Notes under the pieces: model-generated
Told to the model about the DNA's origin: nothing
The model's input: the letters and a program-made list of their open reading frames with translations, nothing else
Databases searched by the model: none
Translations under genes and position numbers: made by a program
Shown here: positions 43,573-51,960 of the stretch, in pieces
How the letters are laid out: the number at the start of each line of letters is the position of its first letter
Position numbering within the stretch: position 1 is the stretch's first letter
Assembly (NCBI GenBank): GCA_017507805.1
Contig: JAFWAC010000001.1
Coordinates: forward strand, 23,695 to 87,694
Length of the DNA stretch: 64,000 nt
Direction of reading: 5' to 3'
Source of the DNA: Clostridia bacterium
GTDB lineage: Bacteria > Bacillota > Clostridia > Oscillospirales > Acutalibacteraceae

Positions 43573-44349
43573 TTAAAACTTTCTGCCGGCGCCGCCGCCT
43601 CCGAAGGAGCCGCCACCGCCCGAAAAACCGCCGAAGCTGCCTGACGAGCCACCAAAGCCGCCTGAGCCAAAGCCTCCCGGACCGCCGAAAAAGAAAAATC
43701 CGCCGCGTCCGTGTCTGTTTGTCAATAATGAAAATACAATCAAAATTATTAAAAGTATTACCCAGGAAAGAGCAACCCTGCCGCTGTACCCCTCGGAGAC
43801 AGATTCAGCATCGGAAATATAATCAATCGAAACATAGCCGGTTTCAGGCTCTAAACCGTATTCAATATAAACCTCGTTTATGAGTGCGTTTGTGATGGCA
43901 GTAATTCCTGACGAAAAATCGTCCTGCTGTAAAAGGGAAAGCCCGTAATGGTCGATAATTCTGCCGGTTTTGCTGTCGGGCAGGGCGCCCTCTAAGCCGT
44001 AACCCACAGCGATATATATTTCACGGTCACTTTCGGACAACAAAATCACAATTCCGTTATCCTTTTCCTCGTCTCCCACACCCCATTCTCTGCCTAATTG
44101 CAGAGCATAGTCGGCAGGCTCCTGCCCGTCAAGGCTTTCGATTGTAACCACAACAACCTGCGCGGTGGTTTTTTGTTCCAAAGCGGCTGCTTTGGAAACG
44201 ATTTCCGCTTCGTGTGTGTCGGTTAAAACCTCGGCAAAATCGTTGACAAAGAAATATTCGGTAGGCTCCGGAAAGGAACTGCTTTCCTCACAGCCGCAAA
44301 GCAATACAAGGAAAAGAGAAATTACCGCAATTAATATTTTTCTTTTCAT
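43573..44349 (-). CDS. TPM-domain lipoprotein with Gly-rich C-terminal tail
   Basis: 258 aa. Lipobox LLCGC. TPM phosphatase-like domain. TM helix. GGFGG-rich tail. Classic partner of LemA. Confidence 0.85.
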   Translation of the reverse strand: MKRKILIAVISLFLVLLCGCEESSSFPEPTEYFFVNDFAEVLTDTHEAEIVSKAAALEQKTTAQVVVVTIESLDGQEPADYALQLGREWGVGDEEKDNGIVILLSESDREIYIAVGYGLEGALPDSKTGRIIDHYGLSLLQQDDFSSGITAITNALINEVYIEYGLEPETGYVSIDYISDAESVSEGYSGRVALSWVILLIILIVFSLLTNRHGRGGFFFFGGPGGFGSGGFGGSSGSFGGFSGGGGSFGGGGAGRKF

Positions 44350-44351
44350 AA

Positions 44352-44924
44352 TCAGTTAAAGCTTACCTGCGGTACATCCTGGGCATCACTGTCTGCTTCA
44401 AAATATTCGTAAGCCTCAAAGCCGAAAATACCTGCAAGGAGATTGCGTGGGAATTTCTTTATCGAAACATTAAATTCCTTTGCTCTTTCGTTGTAATCCC
44501 TGCGTGCTTGTGCGATGCGGTTTTCGGTGCCTGTAAGCTCATCCTGCAAACCGATATACTGCTCGCTTGCCTTAAGCTCGGGATAAGCCTCGGTCACAGC
44601 GTTTACCCAAATGTCAATCGCACTGTCAAGCCTCTGGGAAGCCGCCGCCTGTTCACCCACAGAATCGGCATTGGCAACTGCGTTTCGTGCCTCGGTAACA
44701 GCGGTAAAGGTTTCCTGCTCGTAATCGGAATAGCCCTTAACGGTTGCGACAAAGTTGGGAATTAGGTCTGCCCTTCTTTGAAGCTGGGTAGAAATTTCTG
44801 CGCTTGCGGCGGTCACCCTTTCGCTTCTTTCAACGAAATTGTTATAAGAACCGATAAGTGAGCCGATAAGCACCACGATAACTGCAATAACTATACCTAT
44901 TATAATCAGTTTTTTATTTTTCAT
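44352..44924 (-). CDS. lemA: LemA-family membrane protein
   Basis: 190 aa. N-terminal TM helix. LemA conservation (YNNFV..., RRDYNERAKEFN). Confidence 0.9.
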   Translation of the reverse strand: MKNKKLIIIGIVIAVIVVLIGSLIGSYNNFVERSERVTAASAEISTQLQRRADLIPNFVATVKGYSDYEQETFTAVTEARNAVANADSVGEQAAASQRLDSAIDIWVNAVTEAYPELKASEQYIGLQDELTGTENRIAQARRDYNERAKEFNVSIKKFPRNLLAGIFGFEAYEYFEADSDAQDVPQVSFN

Positions 44925-45033
44925 AAAAACGCTTCCTTTCGGAAAAATTTTCTTTTATTTTTACATTGTACTATATTTTATTAAAAAAAGCTACTACAAA
45001 TATATTATTATTTTTTATTGCCGCAATAAACTG

Positions 45034-45062
45034 TTGATTTTTGGAAGAAAAATGGGTATTAT
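45034..45062 (+). promoter_or_regulatory. sigmaA-type promoter firing into R-element copy b / sufC
   Basis: TTGATT (45034..45039), 17 nt, TATTAT (45057..45062). The -10 overlaps an ATTATAGT terminal-motif variant. Confidence 0.5.
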
Positions 45063-45069
45063 AGTATGT

Positions 45070-45277
45070 AAGATAAAAGATAATAGTGAAAAGTGAATAG
45101 GTAAGGTGTGCCTTCGGCACGATATATAATGTCGGCACCGCCGACACATTAATTATTCATTTTTCATCCTTCATTATTCATTACAATGTAAAGGCGGACT
45201 AAAGGGCTGTAATTACAGCTAAACTTCCCATCGGGGTAAAAACTTGGCATTAGTACAAAAGAAAAGGCGGATTAAAA
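45070..45277 (+). repeat. R-element copy b: ~210-nt structured repeat ending at the sufC start codon
   Basis: Homologous to the minus strand of 33115..33330. Hairpins GTGCC-TTC-GGCAC, TGTCGGC-ACC-GCCGACA, CCC-ATC-GGG. Two AAAGGCGGA SD-like boxes, the second 6 nt before the ATG. Confidence 0.8.
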
Positions 45278-46009
45278 ATGTTGGAGTTGAAAAATATTTG
45301 CTTTAGTGCGGAAAATGATGACGGCACAAAGGAAATTTTGAAAAATATAAATCTCAAAATTGATACGGGCTTTGTGGTTATCACCGGCCCTAACGGCGGC
45401 GGAAAATCCACCCTGGCAAAAATAATTTCGGGTATCATAAAACCCACATCGGGACAAATTTTGCTTGACGGTGAGGATATAACCGAGCTTTCTGTGACCG
45501 ACAGGGCAAAACGCGGCATAAGCTTTGCTTTTCAGCAACCGGTACGGTTTAAGGGTATCACCGTGCACGACCTCATAAGCCTTGCGGCAGGTAAAAAAAT
45601 CGGTATAACCGAGGCTTGCGACTATCTTTCACAGGTGGGACTTTGCGCAAGGGATTATATAAACCGCGAGGTCAACGCATCCCTTTCGGGCGGCGAGCTT
45701 AAGAGGATTGAAATTGCGACAGTGCTTGCAAGGTCAACCAAGGTTTCGATTTTTGACGAGCCTGAAGCCGGAATTGATTTGTGGAGCTTTAACAGCCTTA
45801 TCAAGGTGTTTGAAAAAATGCACAGCACTTTGGGCGGCTCGATTATAATTATTTCCCATCAGGAAAGAATACTTAACATTGCCGACAGGATTGTGGTTGT
45901 GTCGGCAGGGAATATTAAAAGCATCGGCACAAAAGAGGAAATTTTACCCGACCTTTTAGGAACTGCCGATAGGGGCTGCAAGGCGCTTGCGGCTTCGGCG
46001 GAGGTGTAG
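45278..46009 (+). CDS. sufC: Fe-S cluster assembly ATPase SufC
   Basis: 243 aa. Walker A GPNGGGKST. LSGGE signature. Walker B IFDEPEAG. Confidence 0.9.
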   Translation: MLELKNICFSAENDDGTKEILKNINLKIDTGFVVITGPNGGGKSTLAKIISGIIKPTSGQILLDGEDITELSVTDRAKRGISFAFQQPVRFKGITVHDLISLAAGKKIGITEACDYLSQVGLCARDYINREVNASLSGGELKRIEIATVLARSTKVSIFDEPEAGIDLWSFNSLIKVFEKMHSTLGGSIIIISHQERILNIADRIVVVSAGNIKSIGTKEEILPDLLGTADRGCKALAASAEV

Positions 46010-46011
46010 GT

Positions 46012-46929
46012 ATGAACAGCACAGAGCTTGAACTGTTAAAAATTATTGCTGATATGGACGGTACACCCGAGGGTGCGTATAATATACGCGCCAACAGCGG
46101 TCTTACCGACCGCCGCGTTACCGAAAATATAGATATTAAAACTAAAACCGATAAAAGCGGAATAGATATTATTATAAAGCCCGGCACAAAGGGTGAAAAG
46201 GTGCATATCCCCGTTATAATAAGCGAGTCGGGACTTACAGAGAATGTTTATAACGATTTTATTATAGGCGAAAATGCCGATGTTGAGATTGTTGCAGGCT
46301 GTGGTATTCATAACTGCGGTGACGGCGAGTCCCGACACGATGGTATTCATAGCTTTTTCGTGGGCAAAAACGCAAGGGTGCGTTATGTTGAAAAGCATTT
46401 CGGCGGCGGTGACGGCAACGGAGAACGCAATATGAACCCCACCACCGTTGTAAACATTGCCGAGGGCGGCTATATGGAAATGGAAACCACACAGATTGAG
46501 GGTATTGATTCGACAAAAAGGGTGACCAAAGCCCGCCTTGCCGATAATGCCACCCTTGTTATCAAGGAAAAGCTTATGACACACGGCTCTCAGCGCGCCG
46601 AAACCGATTTCACGGTTGATTTGGACGGCGAAAACTCAAGCGCAAATGTTATTTCGCGCTCGGTTGCAAAAGAAAATTCGTATCAGCTATTTATTTCTAA
46701 AATTAATGGTAATAATATCTGTAATGGACACACCGAATGTGATGCGATTATTATGGATAATGCCCATGTGTCTGCAGTGCCGGAAATTACTGCAAATCAC
46801 ATAGACGCTTCCCTTATTCACGAAGCGGCAATCGGTAAAATTGCAGGTGAGCAGCTTATAAAGCTTATGACGCTGGGACTTACCGAGCAGGAAGCAGAGG
46901 AGCAGATTGTAAACGGATTTTTGAAATAA
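46012..46929 (+). CDS. SufB/SufD-family Fe-S assembly scaffold protein
   Basis: 305 aa. Beta-helix SufBD core. Immediately follows sufC. Confidence 0.85.
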   Translation: MNSTELELLKIIADMDGTPEGAYNIRANSGLTDRRVTENIDIKTKTDKSGIDIIIKPGTKGEKVHIPVIISESGLTENVYNDFIIGENADVEIVAGCGIHNCGDGESRHDGIHSFFVGKNARVRYVEKHFGGGDGNGERNMNPTTVVNIAEGGYMEMETTQIEGIDSTKRVTKARLADNATLVIKEKLMTHGSQRAETDFTVDLDGENSSANVISRSVAKENSYQLFISKINGNNICNGHTECDAIIMDNAHVSAVPEITANHIDASLIHEAAIGKIAGEQLIKLMTLGLTEQEAEEQIVNGFLK

Positions 46930-46972
46930 CACAAATTTGTGTTAATTATATTTTATTTTGAGGTGATTTTTA

Positions 46973-47506
46973 ATGGAATTAAAAGGAACAAAAACAGAAA
47001 AAAATCTTATGGCGGCATTTTCGGGCGAAAGTGAAGCCAGAAACAAGTACACCTACTTTGCATCGGTTGCAAAAAAGGAAGGCTTCGAGCAGATAGCCGC
47101 AATATTCCTTGATACCGCAAACAACGAAAAGGAACACGCAAAAATGTGGTTCAAGGCTTTGGGTGCTTTGGGCGATACCGCCGCTAATCTTGCTGCCGCC
47201 GCCGCAGGCGAAAACTATGAGTGGACCGATATGTACGCCGGCTTTGCCAAGGACGCTGAGGAGGAGGGCTTTACCGAGCTTGCCGCAAAATTCCGTATGG
47301 TTGCCGCTATTGAAAAAAGCCACGAGGAAAGATACCGCAAGCTTCTTAACAATGTTGAGATGCAGCAGGTTTTCGAAAAGGCAGAGCAGACGATGTGGGA
47401 ATGCCGCAACTGCGGTCACCTTGTAATGGGTAAAAAGGCTCCGCAGATCTGCCCCGTTTGCGCACATCCCCAGAGCTTTTTCGAGGTTAGAAAAGAGAAT
47501 TATTAA
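46973..47506 (+). CDS. rbr: rubrerythrin
   Basis: 177 aa. Ferritin-like di-iron ExxH motifs. C-terminal rubredoxin CRNCGH...CPVCAHP. Confidence 0.94.
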   Translation: MELKGTKTEKNLMAAFSGESEARNKYTYFASVAKKEGFEQIAAIFLDTANNEKEHAKMWFKALGALGDTAANLAAAAAGENYEWTDMYAGFAKDAEEEGFTELAAKFRMVAAIEKSHEERYRKLLNNVEMQQVFEKAEQTMWECRNCGHLVMGKKAPQICPVCAHPQSFFEVRKENY

Positions 47507-47522
47507 TTGGAGATGTATTAAA

Positions 47523-47547
47523 GGCGACCGTTACGGCCGCCTTTTTT
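47523..47547 (+). terminator. intrinsic terminator of rbr
   Basis: GGCGACCG-TTA-CGGCCGCC (one mismatch) followed by TTTTTT. Confidence 0.65.
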
Positions 47548-47577
47548 GTCGCTTTAATTTCAGCAAACGCATTATTC

Positions 47578-47675
47578 GAATTATAGTTTATGTGTCTGAA
47601 CGGATAGTAGCATCTAATGCCTCCCTTGCCTAAAGGGTTTGTGCTGTCAATTAACACCCCGCTAAACTATAATTT
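47578..47675. mobile_element. 98-bp MITE-like unit with AATTATAGTTTA / CGCTAAACTATAATTT termini
   Basis: GAATTATAGTTTATG at 47578..47592 and CGCTAAACTATAATTT at 47660..47675. The interior contains an S-element flank remnant (CCTCCCTTGCCTAAAGGGTTTGTGC). Confidence 0.6.
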
Positions 47676-47699
47676 GTAGAGGAGGCGTTTCGCCTCCCC
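47676..47699 (+). repeat. short GTAG(A/G)GGA-family hairpin H-2
   Basis: GTAGAGGAGGCG-TTT-CGCCTCCCC. Inverted homolog of 24179..24201, including the flank AAAATCAAA. Confidence 0.6.
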
Positions 47700-47740
47700 T
47701 TTGATTTTACGATATTTTGCTACAAGGTATATATGTATCA

Positions 47741-47989
47741 TTAGTCGGTGCTTTCAAATAATGCCTCCATCGGAAGCTTTAATATTTTAGAAATGACATA
47801 TATTTCCTTGTCCGAAGCAAGCCGCACCTGCCCTTCAAGCTTTGAATAGCTTGTCGGATTAATATCACAGCCGTGAGACTGCATTTGGGCTATAAAATCC
47901 TTTTGTTTAATTCCTCTTTCCTTACGGAGGCGCTCGATATTTTTACCAACCATATTGCAGTTTCCGTAAATGTGTTTTCTTGTTTTCAT
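47741..47989 (-). CDS. XRE-family helix-turn-helix transcriptional regulator
   Basis: 82 aa from the ATG at 47989 (GGAGTG RBS). NIERLRKERGIKQKDFIAQM HTH. AT-rich gene. Confidence 0.8.
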   Translation of the reverse strand: MKTRKHIYGNCNMVGKNIERLRKERGIKQKDFIAQMQSHGCDINPTSYSKLEGQVRLASDKEIYVISKILKLPMEALFESTD

Positions 47990-48040
47990 AAGTATCACTC
48001 CGTTTATAATTCCACAATAGAAGTATAAACGAAAAAACAC

Positions 48041-48069
48041 TTGACATAATTCCGTAACGGAATTATAAT
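48041..48069 (+). promoter_or_regulatory. consensus sigmaA promoter with embedded perfect palindromic operator
   Basis: TTGACA (48041..48046), 17 nt, TATAAT (48064..48069). The spacer contains AATTCCGT-A-ACGGAATT (48048..48064). Confidence 0.6.
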
Positions 48070-48175
48070 GTTTTTGTTGAGTTATATTAAATGTTTGAAT
48101 AGGGAAAAGGAGATATAAGCGCAAAATTTTTTTGGTTGTCACTCAAGCCGACTTGGCAAGCAGTGGAGAAAAGGG

Positions 48176-48208
48176 CTGCCCCACTGAGGATTTTCCTCGG
48201 TGGGGCAG
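48176..48208. terminator. hairpin terminator shared by the short plus transcript and the convergent EF-G-like gene
   Basis: CTGCCCCAC-N15-GTGGGGCAG. T-rich on the plus side (GTCTGTTTATTT) and CCCTTTTCTCC on the minus side. Confidence 0.5.
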
Positions 48209-48249
48209 GTCTGTTTATTTGGGGCTTTTAGAGATTTTAGCTTAATCTT

Positions 48250-50286
48250 TTATGCCTTTGCCGCTTCAATGATTTTTTGAGCGATATTCTGGGGAACCTC
48301 CTCATATCTTGCAAGCTCTAAGCTGAAGACAGCAGTGCCCTGTGTTATGGAGCGCATTGCGGTCGAGAAATCTGACATCTCGCTCATTGGAACCTCGCCG
48401 ATGATTTCCTGCAGCTTGTTTTCTGCCGGATTCATACCTATAATTCTGCCGCGGCGCTTGTTTATATCGCCTATCACATCGCCGAGCATTTCATCGGGAA
48501 CAAGCACCTTAAGGGTGCCGATTGGCTCAAGCAGAACGGGTGAGGTCTGGGGAATACCCTCCTTGAATGCGATTGCGGCCGCCATTTTAAAGGACATTTC
48601 GGAGGAGTCAACCGGATGGTAGGAGCCGTCCACCAAGACAGCCTTGACACCTACCACGGGATAGCCTGCAAGCACACCCTTGGCGGTACATTCACGCAAG
48701 CCCTTTTCAACTGCGGGGAAGAAATTTTTAGGTACAGAGCCGCCGAAAATCTCATCCTCAAATACAAGCTCCTCACTCTCGCAGGGCTCAAATCTTATCC
48801 ACACATCACCGAACTGACCGTGACCGCCCGACTGCTTCTTGTGTCTGCCTTGAACCTTAACCGATTTGCGGATGGTTTCGCGGTAGGCAATCTTGGGCTT
48901 TTTAAGCTCAACCTCGGCGCCGAACTTGGTTTTAAGGCGGGAGATTATAACATCAATATGCTGTTCACCCAAAGCCTCAAGTATCTGCTCGTGGGTTTCG
49001 TTGTTCATATAAACCGAGATGGTGCGGTCCTCCTCCATCATACGGTTAAATGCGGCGGTGATTTTTTCCTCATCGCCCTTTGCCTTGGGGTAAACCGCAA
49101 CCGAAAGATTGGGTGCAGGGAAGGCAATTTCTGCCGCCTTGACATCGCCCTTTAATGAGAGTGTGTCACCTGTAAGCACATTGCCAAGCTTTGCAACGGC
49201 ACCTATATCACCTGCGGCAATGCTGTCCGCATCCTCCTGCTTGCCGCCCTTGAGCCACATTACCTTTGAAATGCGCTCCTCATCACCCGTGCGGGCATTA
49301 ATGAGCCTGCTGTCTGGGCTTATCTTGCCCGAAAGCACCTTGAAATAGGAAAGCTTTCCGACAAACGGGTCGGCAATGGTTTTGAATATTGTAATGGCAG
49401 TGTTACCCGAGGAATCAAAGCTGACCTCGTTGCCGTCCGCCGTTTTATATTTGCTGTCTGCCGCAGTGGGCATAATTTTCAAAAGATTGTCAAGCATCAT
49501 ACCAACGGCATCGCCTGTTTGCTGAACACCGCAATAAACAGGGCAGATGTCGCCGTTTTTCACGCCTGTGGCAAGACCTGAAATAATTTCCTCGGGGGTG
49601 AATTCCTCGCCGCCGAAATATTTTTCCATCAGCTCCTCATCGGTGGAAGCAACTGCCTCAAGCAGCATACTGCGCATATCGTCAAGCTCTGAGCTGACAG
49701 GCATTCTCAGCTCCTTGATTTCGGTGCCCGAGCAGGAATATGCCTTGTTTTCGATAAGATTTATGTAGCACTTAAGCTCGTCATTTTCAATGTAAGGTAC
49801 CGTTACGGGACAGATTACCGCACCGTAATTTGCAACCAAAGCCGATAAAACCCTGTAAAAATGCGCGTGGGTGGAATCAAGCTTACCAACGAAAAATGCA
49901 ACGCTCTTGTTAAGGGCGCGAGCCTTTTCATAAGCCTGCTTTGCGCCAACCGTGAGGCCCGATTTACCCGAAATGGCAATAAGTGCGCTGTCTGCCGCGG
50001 TGAGCGCCTCGTAAACACCGCCTGCAAAGTCAAACAAGCCGGGGGCATCAATAATGTTAAGCTTTTTATCGGAAACCTCAAGGGCATAAACCGCGGTGGA
50101 AACCGAAACCTTGCGCTTTTTCTCCTCGGGGTCAAAGTCGAGAACGGTTGTGCTGTCACCCGTTTTGCCGATTCTGTCAATAGCGCCTGCACAATAAAGT
50201 ATAGCATCAGCCAGAGTGGTCTTTCCCGAGCCACCGTGACCTAATATTGCAATATTACGCACAAAATTTTCAAGATACTGTTTCAA
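48250..50286 (-). CDS. elongation factor G paralog with divergent GTPase motifs
   Basis: 678 aa with five-domain EF-G layout. G1 GHGGSGKT. G3 DAPGL (canonical DTPGH). G4 GKLD (canonical NKMD). Confidence 0.9.
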   Translation of the reverse strand: MKQYLENFVRNIAILGHGGSGKTTLADAILYCAGAIDRIGKTGDSTTVLDFDPEEKKRKVSVSTAVYALEVSDKKLNIIDAPGLFDFAGGVYEALTAADSALIAISGKSGLTVGAKQAYEKARALNKSVAFFVGKLDSTHAHFYRVLSALVANYGAVICPVTVPYIENDELKCYINLIENKAYSCSGTEIKELRMPVSSELDDMRSMLLEAVASTDEELMEKYFGGEEFTPEEIISGLATGVKNGDICPVYCGVQQTGDAVGMMLDNLLKIMPTAADSKYKTADGNEVSFDSSGNTAITIFKTIADPFVGKLSYFKVLSGKISPDSRLINARTGDEERISKVMWLKGGKQEDADSIAAGDIGAVAKLGNVLTGDTLSLKGDVKAAEIAFPAPNLSVAVYPKAKGDEEKITAAFNRMMEEDRTISVYMNNETHEQILEALGEQHIDVIISRLKTKFGAEVELKKPKIAYRETIRKSVKVQGRHKKQSGGHGQFGDVWIRFEPCESEELVFEDEIFGGSVPKNFFPAVEKGLRECTAKGVLAGYPVVGVKAVLVDGSYHPVDSSEMSFKMAAAIAFKEGIPQTSPVLLEPIGTLKVLVPDEMLGDVIGDINKRRGRIIGMNPAENKLQEIIGEVPMSEMSDFSTAMRSITQGTAVFSLELARYEEVPQNIAQKIIEAAKA

Positions 50287-50585
50287 AATAATACACTCCT
50301 TACGCGTTTAAGCTTTATGAAAAACATTATAACACATCTCGCTATCAAATACAACAAATTTTTTTATTTTTTACTTTTTAAACTGTTTAAAACGCATAAA
50401 AGGCACTTTAAAGTCGAAAAGTGTTGGTAAAGGTCACCAAAAAAATTACATTTTGTAATTTTTTCGTTCCTTCACAAACCGAAACGGTAACATTTCTGAT
50501 ACAATTTGTAACCGAATTGTATCTGCTATTTTTAAGAGCTTTATTGTATAATATTTTAGTAGAAATAACGAAAGGGGCAGTATGA

Positions 50586-51212
50586 ATGAAAAGGACTGTT
50601 TTTGGTGTAACAGCAGTTATGCTTGCGGTTGTTGCCGTTTCTTTAGCATTTTTCCGTACAGCGCCCGCCACCCCTTCGGTTGACAGTGTGCCTGACAGTG
50701 CCGTTGTCACGGTTGCAAATTCCGCAAACGGCAGTTCACATTCGCAAAAGGTTTTGCAGGCTCGCTTTCTTAATATGCTTAATCACAATTTTGTCTACGG
50801 CAGTGATTTTGAAACGGTTGAGGGTGTGGTTAATTCCTCGGTTATAGCCTTGCTTGATATGCGCGAGGATGAAAACAGCTCCTTTATAAATCAGGCAATC
50901 GTTTCGGATTATATCTTTAATATGTACGGGATAGAGGATGCGGACTTTTCTGCAATAAATGCGGACGCTCCCCAAAAAGAGGGATATGTTTACATTATGC
51001 CCCGCGGATATTCGGTGTATAGCCACACGATTAATTCTGTGGCAGAAAATCCTGACGGCAGCTATACCGTAATAACCGATGTTTCGGTTTCCTCGCATGA
51101 CGGTGTCGGTCTTACGGAAAGGTGCGAAACCCTTTTTGTTCCCAACAGCGCTTCTCAGTTCGGCTTTTGCATTATTTATTCAAATATGCAAAGCAGCTCT
51201 GCGGCAATATAA
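50586..51212 (+). CDS. hypothetical secreted/membrane-anchored protein
   Basis: 208 aa. N-terminal signal/anchor (VTAVMLAVVAVSLAFF). AAAGGGG RBS. No family recognised. Confidence 0.6.
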   Translation: MKRTVFGVTAVMLAVVAVSLAFFRTAPATPSVDSVPDSAVVTVANSANGSSHSQKVLQARFLNMLNHNFVYGSDFETVEGVVNSSVIALLDMREDENSSFINQAIVSDYIFNMYGIEDADFSAINADAPQKEGYVYIMPRGYSVYSHTINSVAENPDGSYTVITDVSVSSHDGVGLTERCETLFVPNSASQFGFCIIYSNMQSSSAAI

Positions 51213-51361
51213 TGTGATTTTAAAATATAAAAAAGGCTGTAAAAAACTCAACACTCTAAAAAACAATAAAATAAGGCAAGTTAAAATAATAAAGTGCGTA
51301 AGAAGTGAAAAATACAAACTTCTTACGCACTTTTGCCCTTTTATAATCTGATTTGAGATGT

Positions 51362-51495
51362 AAAATATAGTTTGATAAACAAATCAAAATGATATATCGT
51401 AGGGGCATGCGTCCCCGAACGCCCGTTAGTTACGATGAATTTTGCGGACAGTCGAGGACACCTGTCCCTACAAATAATCCCAATAAACTATAATT
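51362..51495. mobile_element. MITE-like unit (AAAATATAGTTTG ... AAACTATAATT) carrying palindrome P1-c (51399..51471)
   Basis: Degenerate terminal motifs at 51362..51374 and 51485..51495. The interior is GTAGGGGCATGCGTCCCCGAACGCCCGT ... GCGGACAGTCGAGGACACCTGTCCCTAC. Confidence 0.6.
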
Positions 51496-51525
51496 GAGTT
51501 TTTTACAGCCGCTTTAATTCTTTTA

Positions 51526-51948
51526 TTAAATATCTGTTTCTCCTGCAAGCTTTATGCCCTTTTCCTCAAGTAAAGCGGCTGCCTTTGCCATATCGTCCGC
51601 CTTTAATACCATAAGGGCTTTACCCTCGGTTCTGCCAAGGAAAGCATAGGTATATTCGATGCCGATCTGTGCATCCGAAAGGTGGTCAAGCACAGCAACA
51701 AGTCCGCCTGCGCGGTCATCAATATAAACTGCGATAACCTCGGTTATTTTGGAAATAACACCCTCCGCCTTTAAAATCTCGCGTGCGGCATCGGCATCGC
51801 TCACGATAACGCGCAAAATACCGAAATCGGTGGTATCGGCAATGGAAAGGGCGCTTATATTAATGCCCTTGTCTGCCAAAGCATCCATAATAGAATGAAG
51901 TCTGCCTGCCTTGTTTTCAACAAATATAGAAAGCTGTTTAATAAACAT
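51526..51948 (-). CDS. ACT-domain protein (tandem ACT, amino-acid binding)
   Basis: 140 aa with two ACT repeats. Conserved partner downstream of paaK/iorAB. Confidence 0.85.
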   Translation of the reverse strand: MFIKQLSIFVENKAGRLHSIMDALADKGINISALSIADTTDFGILRVIVSDADAAREILKAEGVISKITEVIAVYIDDRAGGLVAVLDHLSDAQIGIEYTYAFLGRTEGKALMVLKADDMAKAAALLEEKGIKLAGETDI

Positions 51949-51960
51949 AAGGTTTCCTCC

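Noticed and set aside
43551-43883. 110-aa plus-strand ORF rich in Arg/Pro/Lys.
   Set aside because: It is the mirror image of the Gly-rich (GGN-repeat) tail of the TPM protein on the minus strand, so it is a compositional artefact.
46036-47467. Minus-strand ORFs of 182 aa (46036..46584) and 162 aa (46979..47467).
   Set aside because: They are antisense to the SufB/D-family gene and to rubrerythrin respectively. Both sense frames have diagnostic motifs.
47990-48142. N-terminal extension that turns the XRE regulator into a 133-aa ORF.
   Set aside because: The extension has no RBS and an implausible sequence, and it runs across a consensus divergent promoter and operator. A GGAGTG RBS precedes the internal ATG at 47989, which gives a normal-length HTH protein.
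48616-49155. 179-aa plus-strand ORF inside the EF-G paralog region (and 49861..50244).
   Set aside because: These are shadow ORFs antisense to the EF-G-like frame. No signals or motifs were seen.
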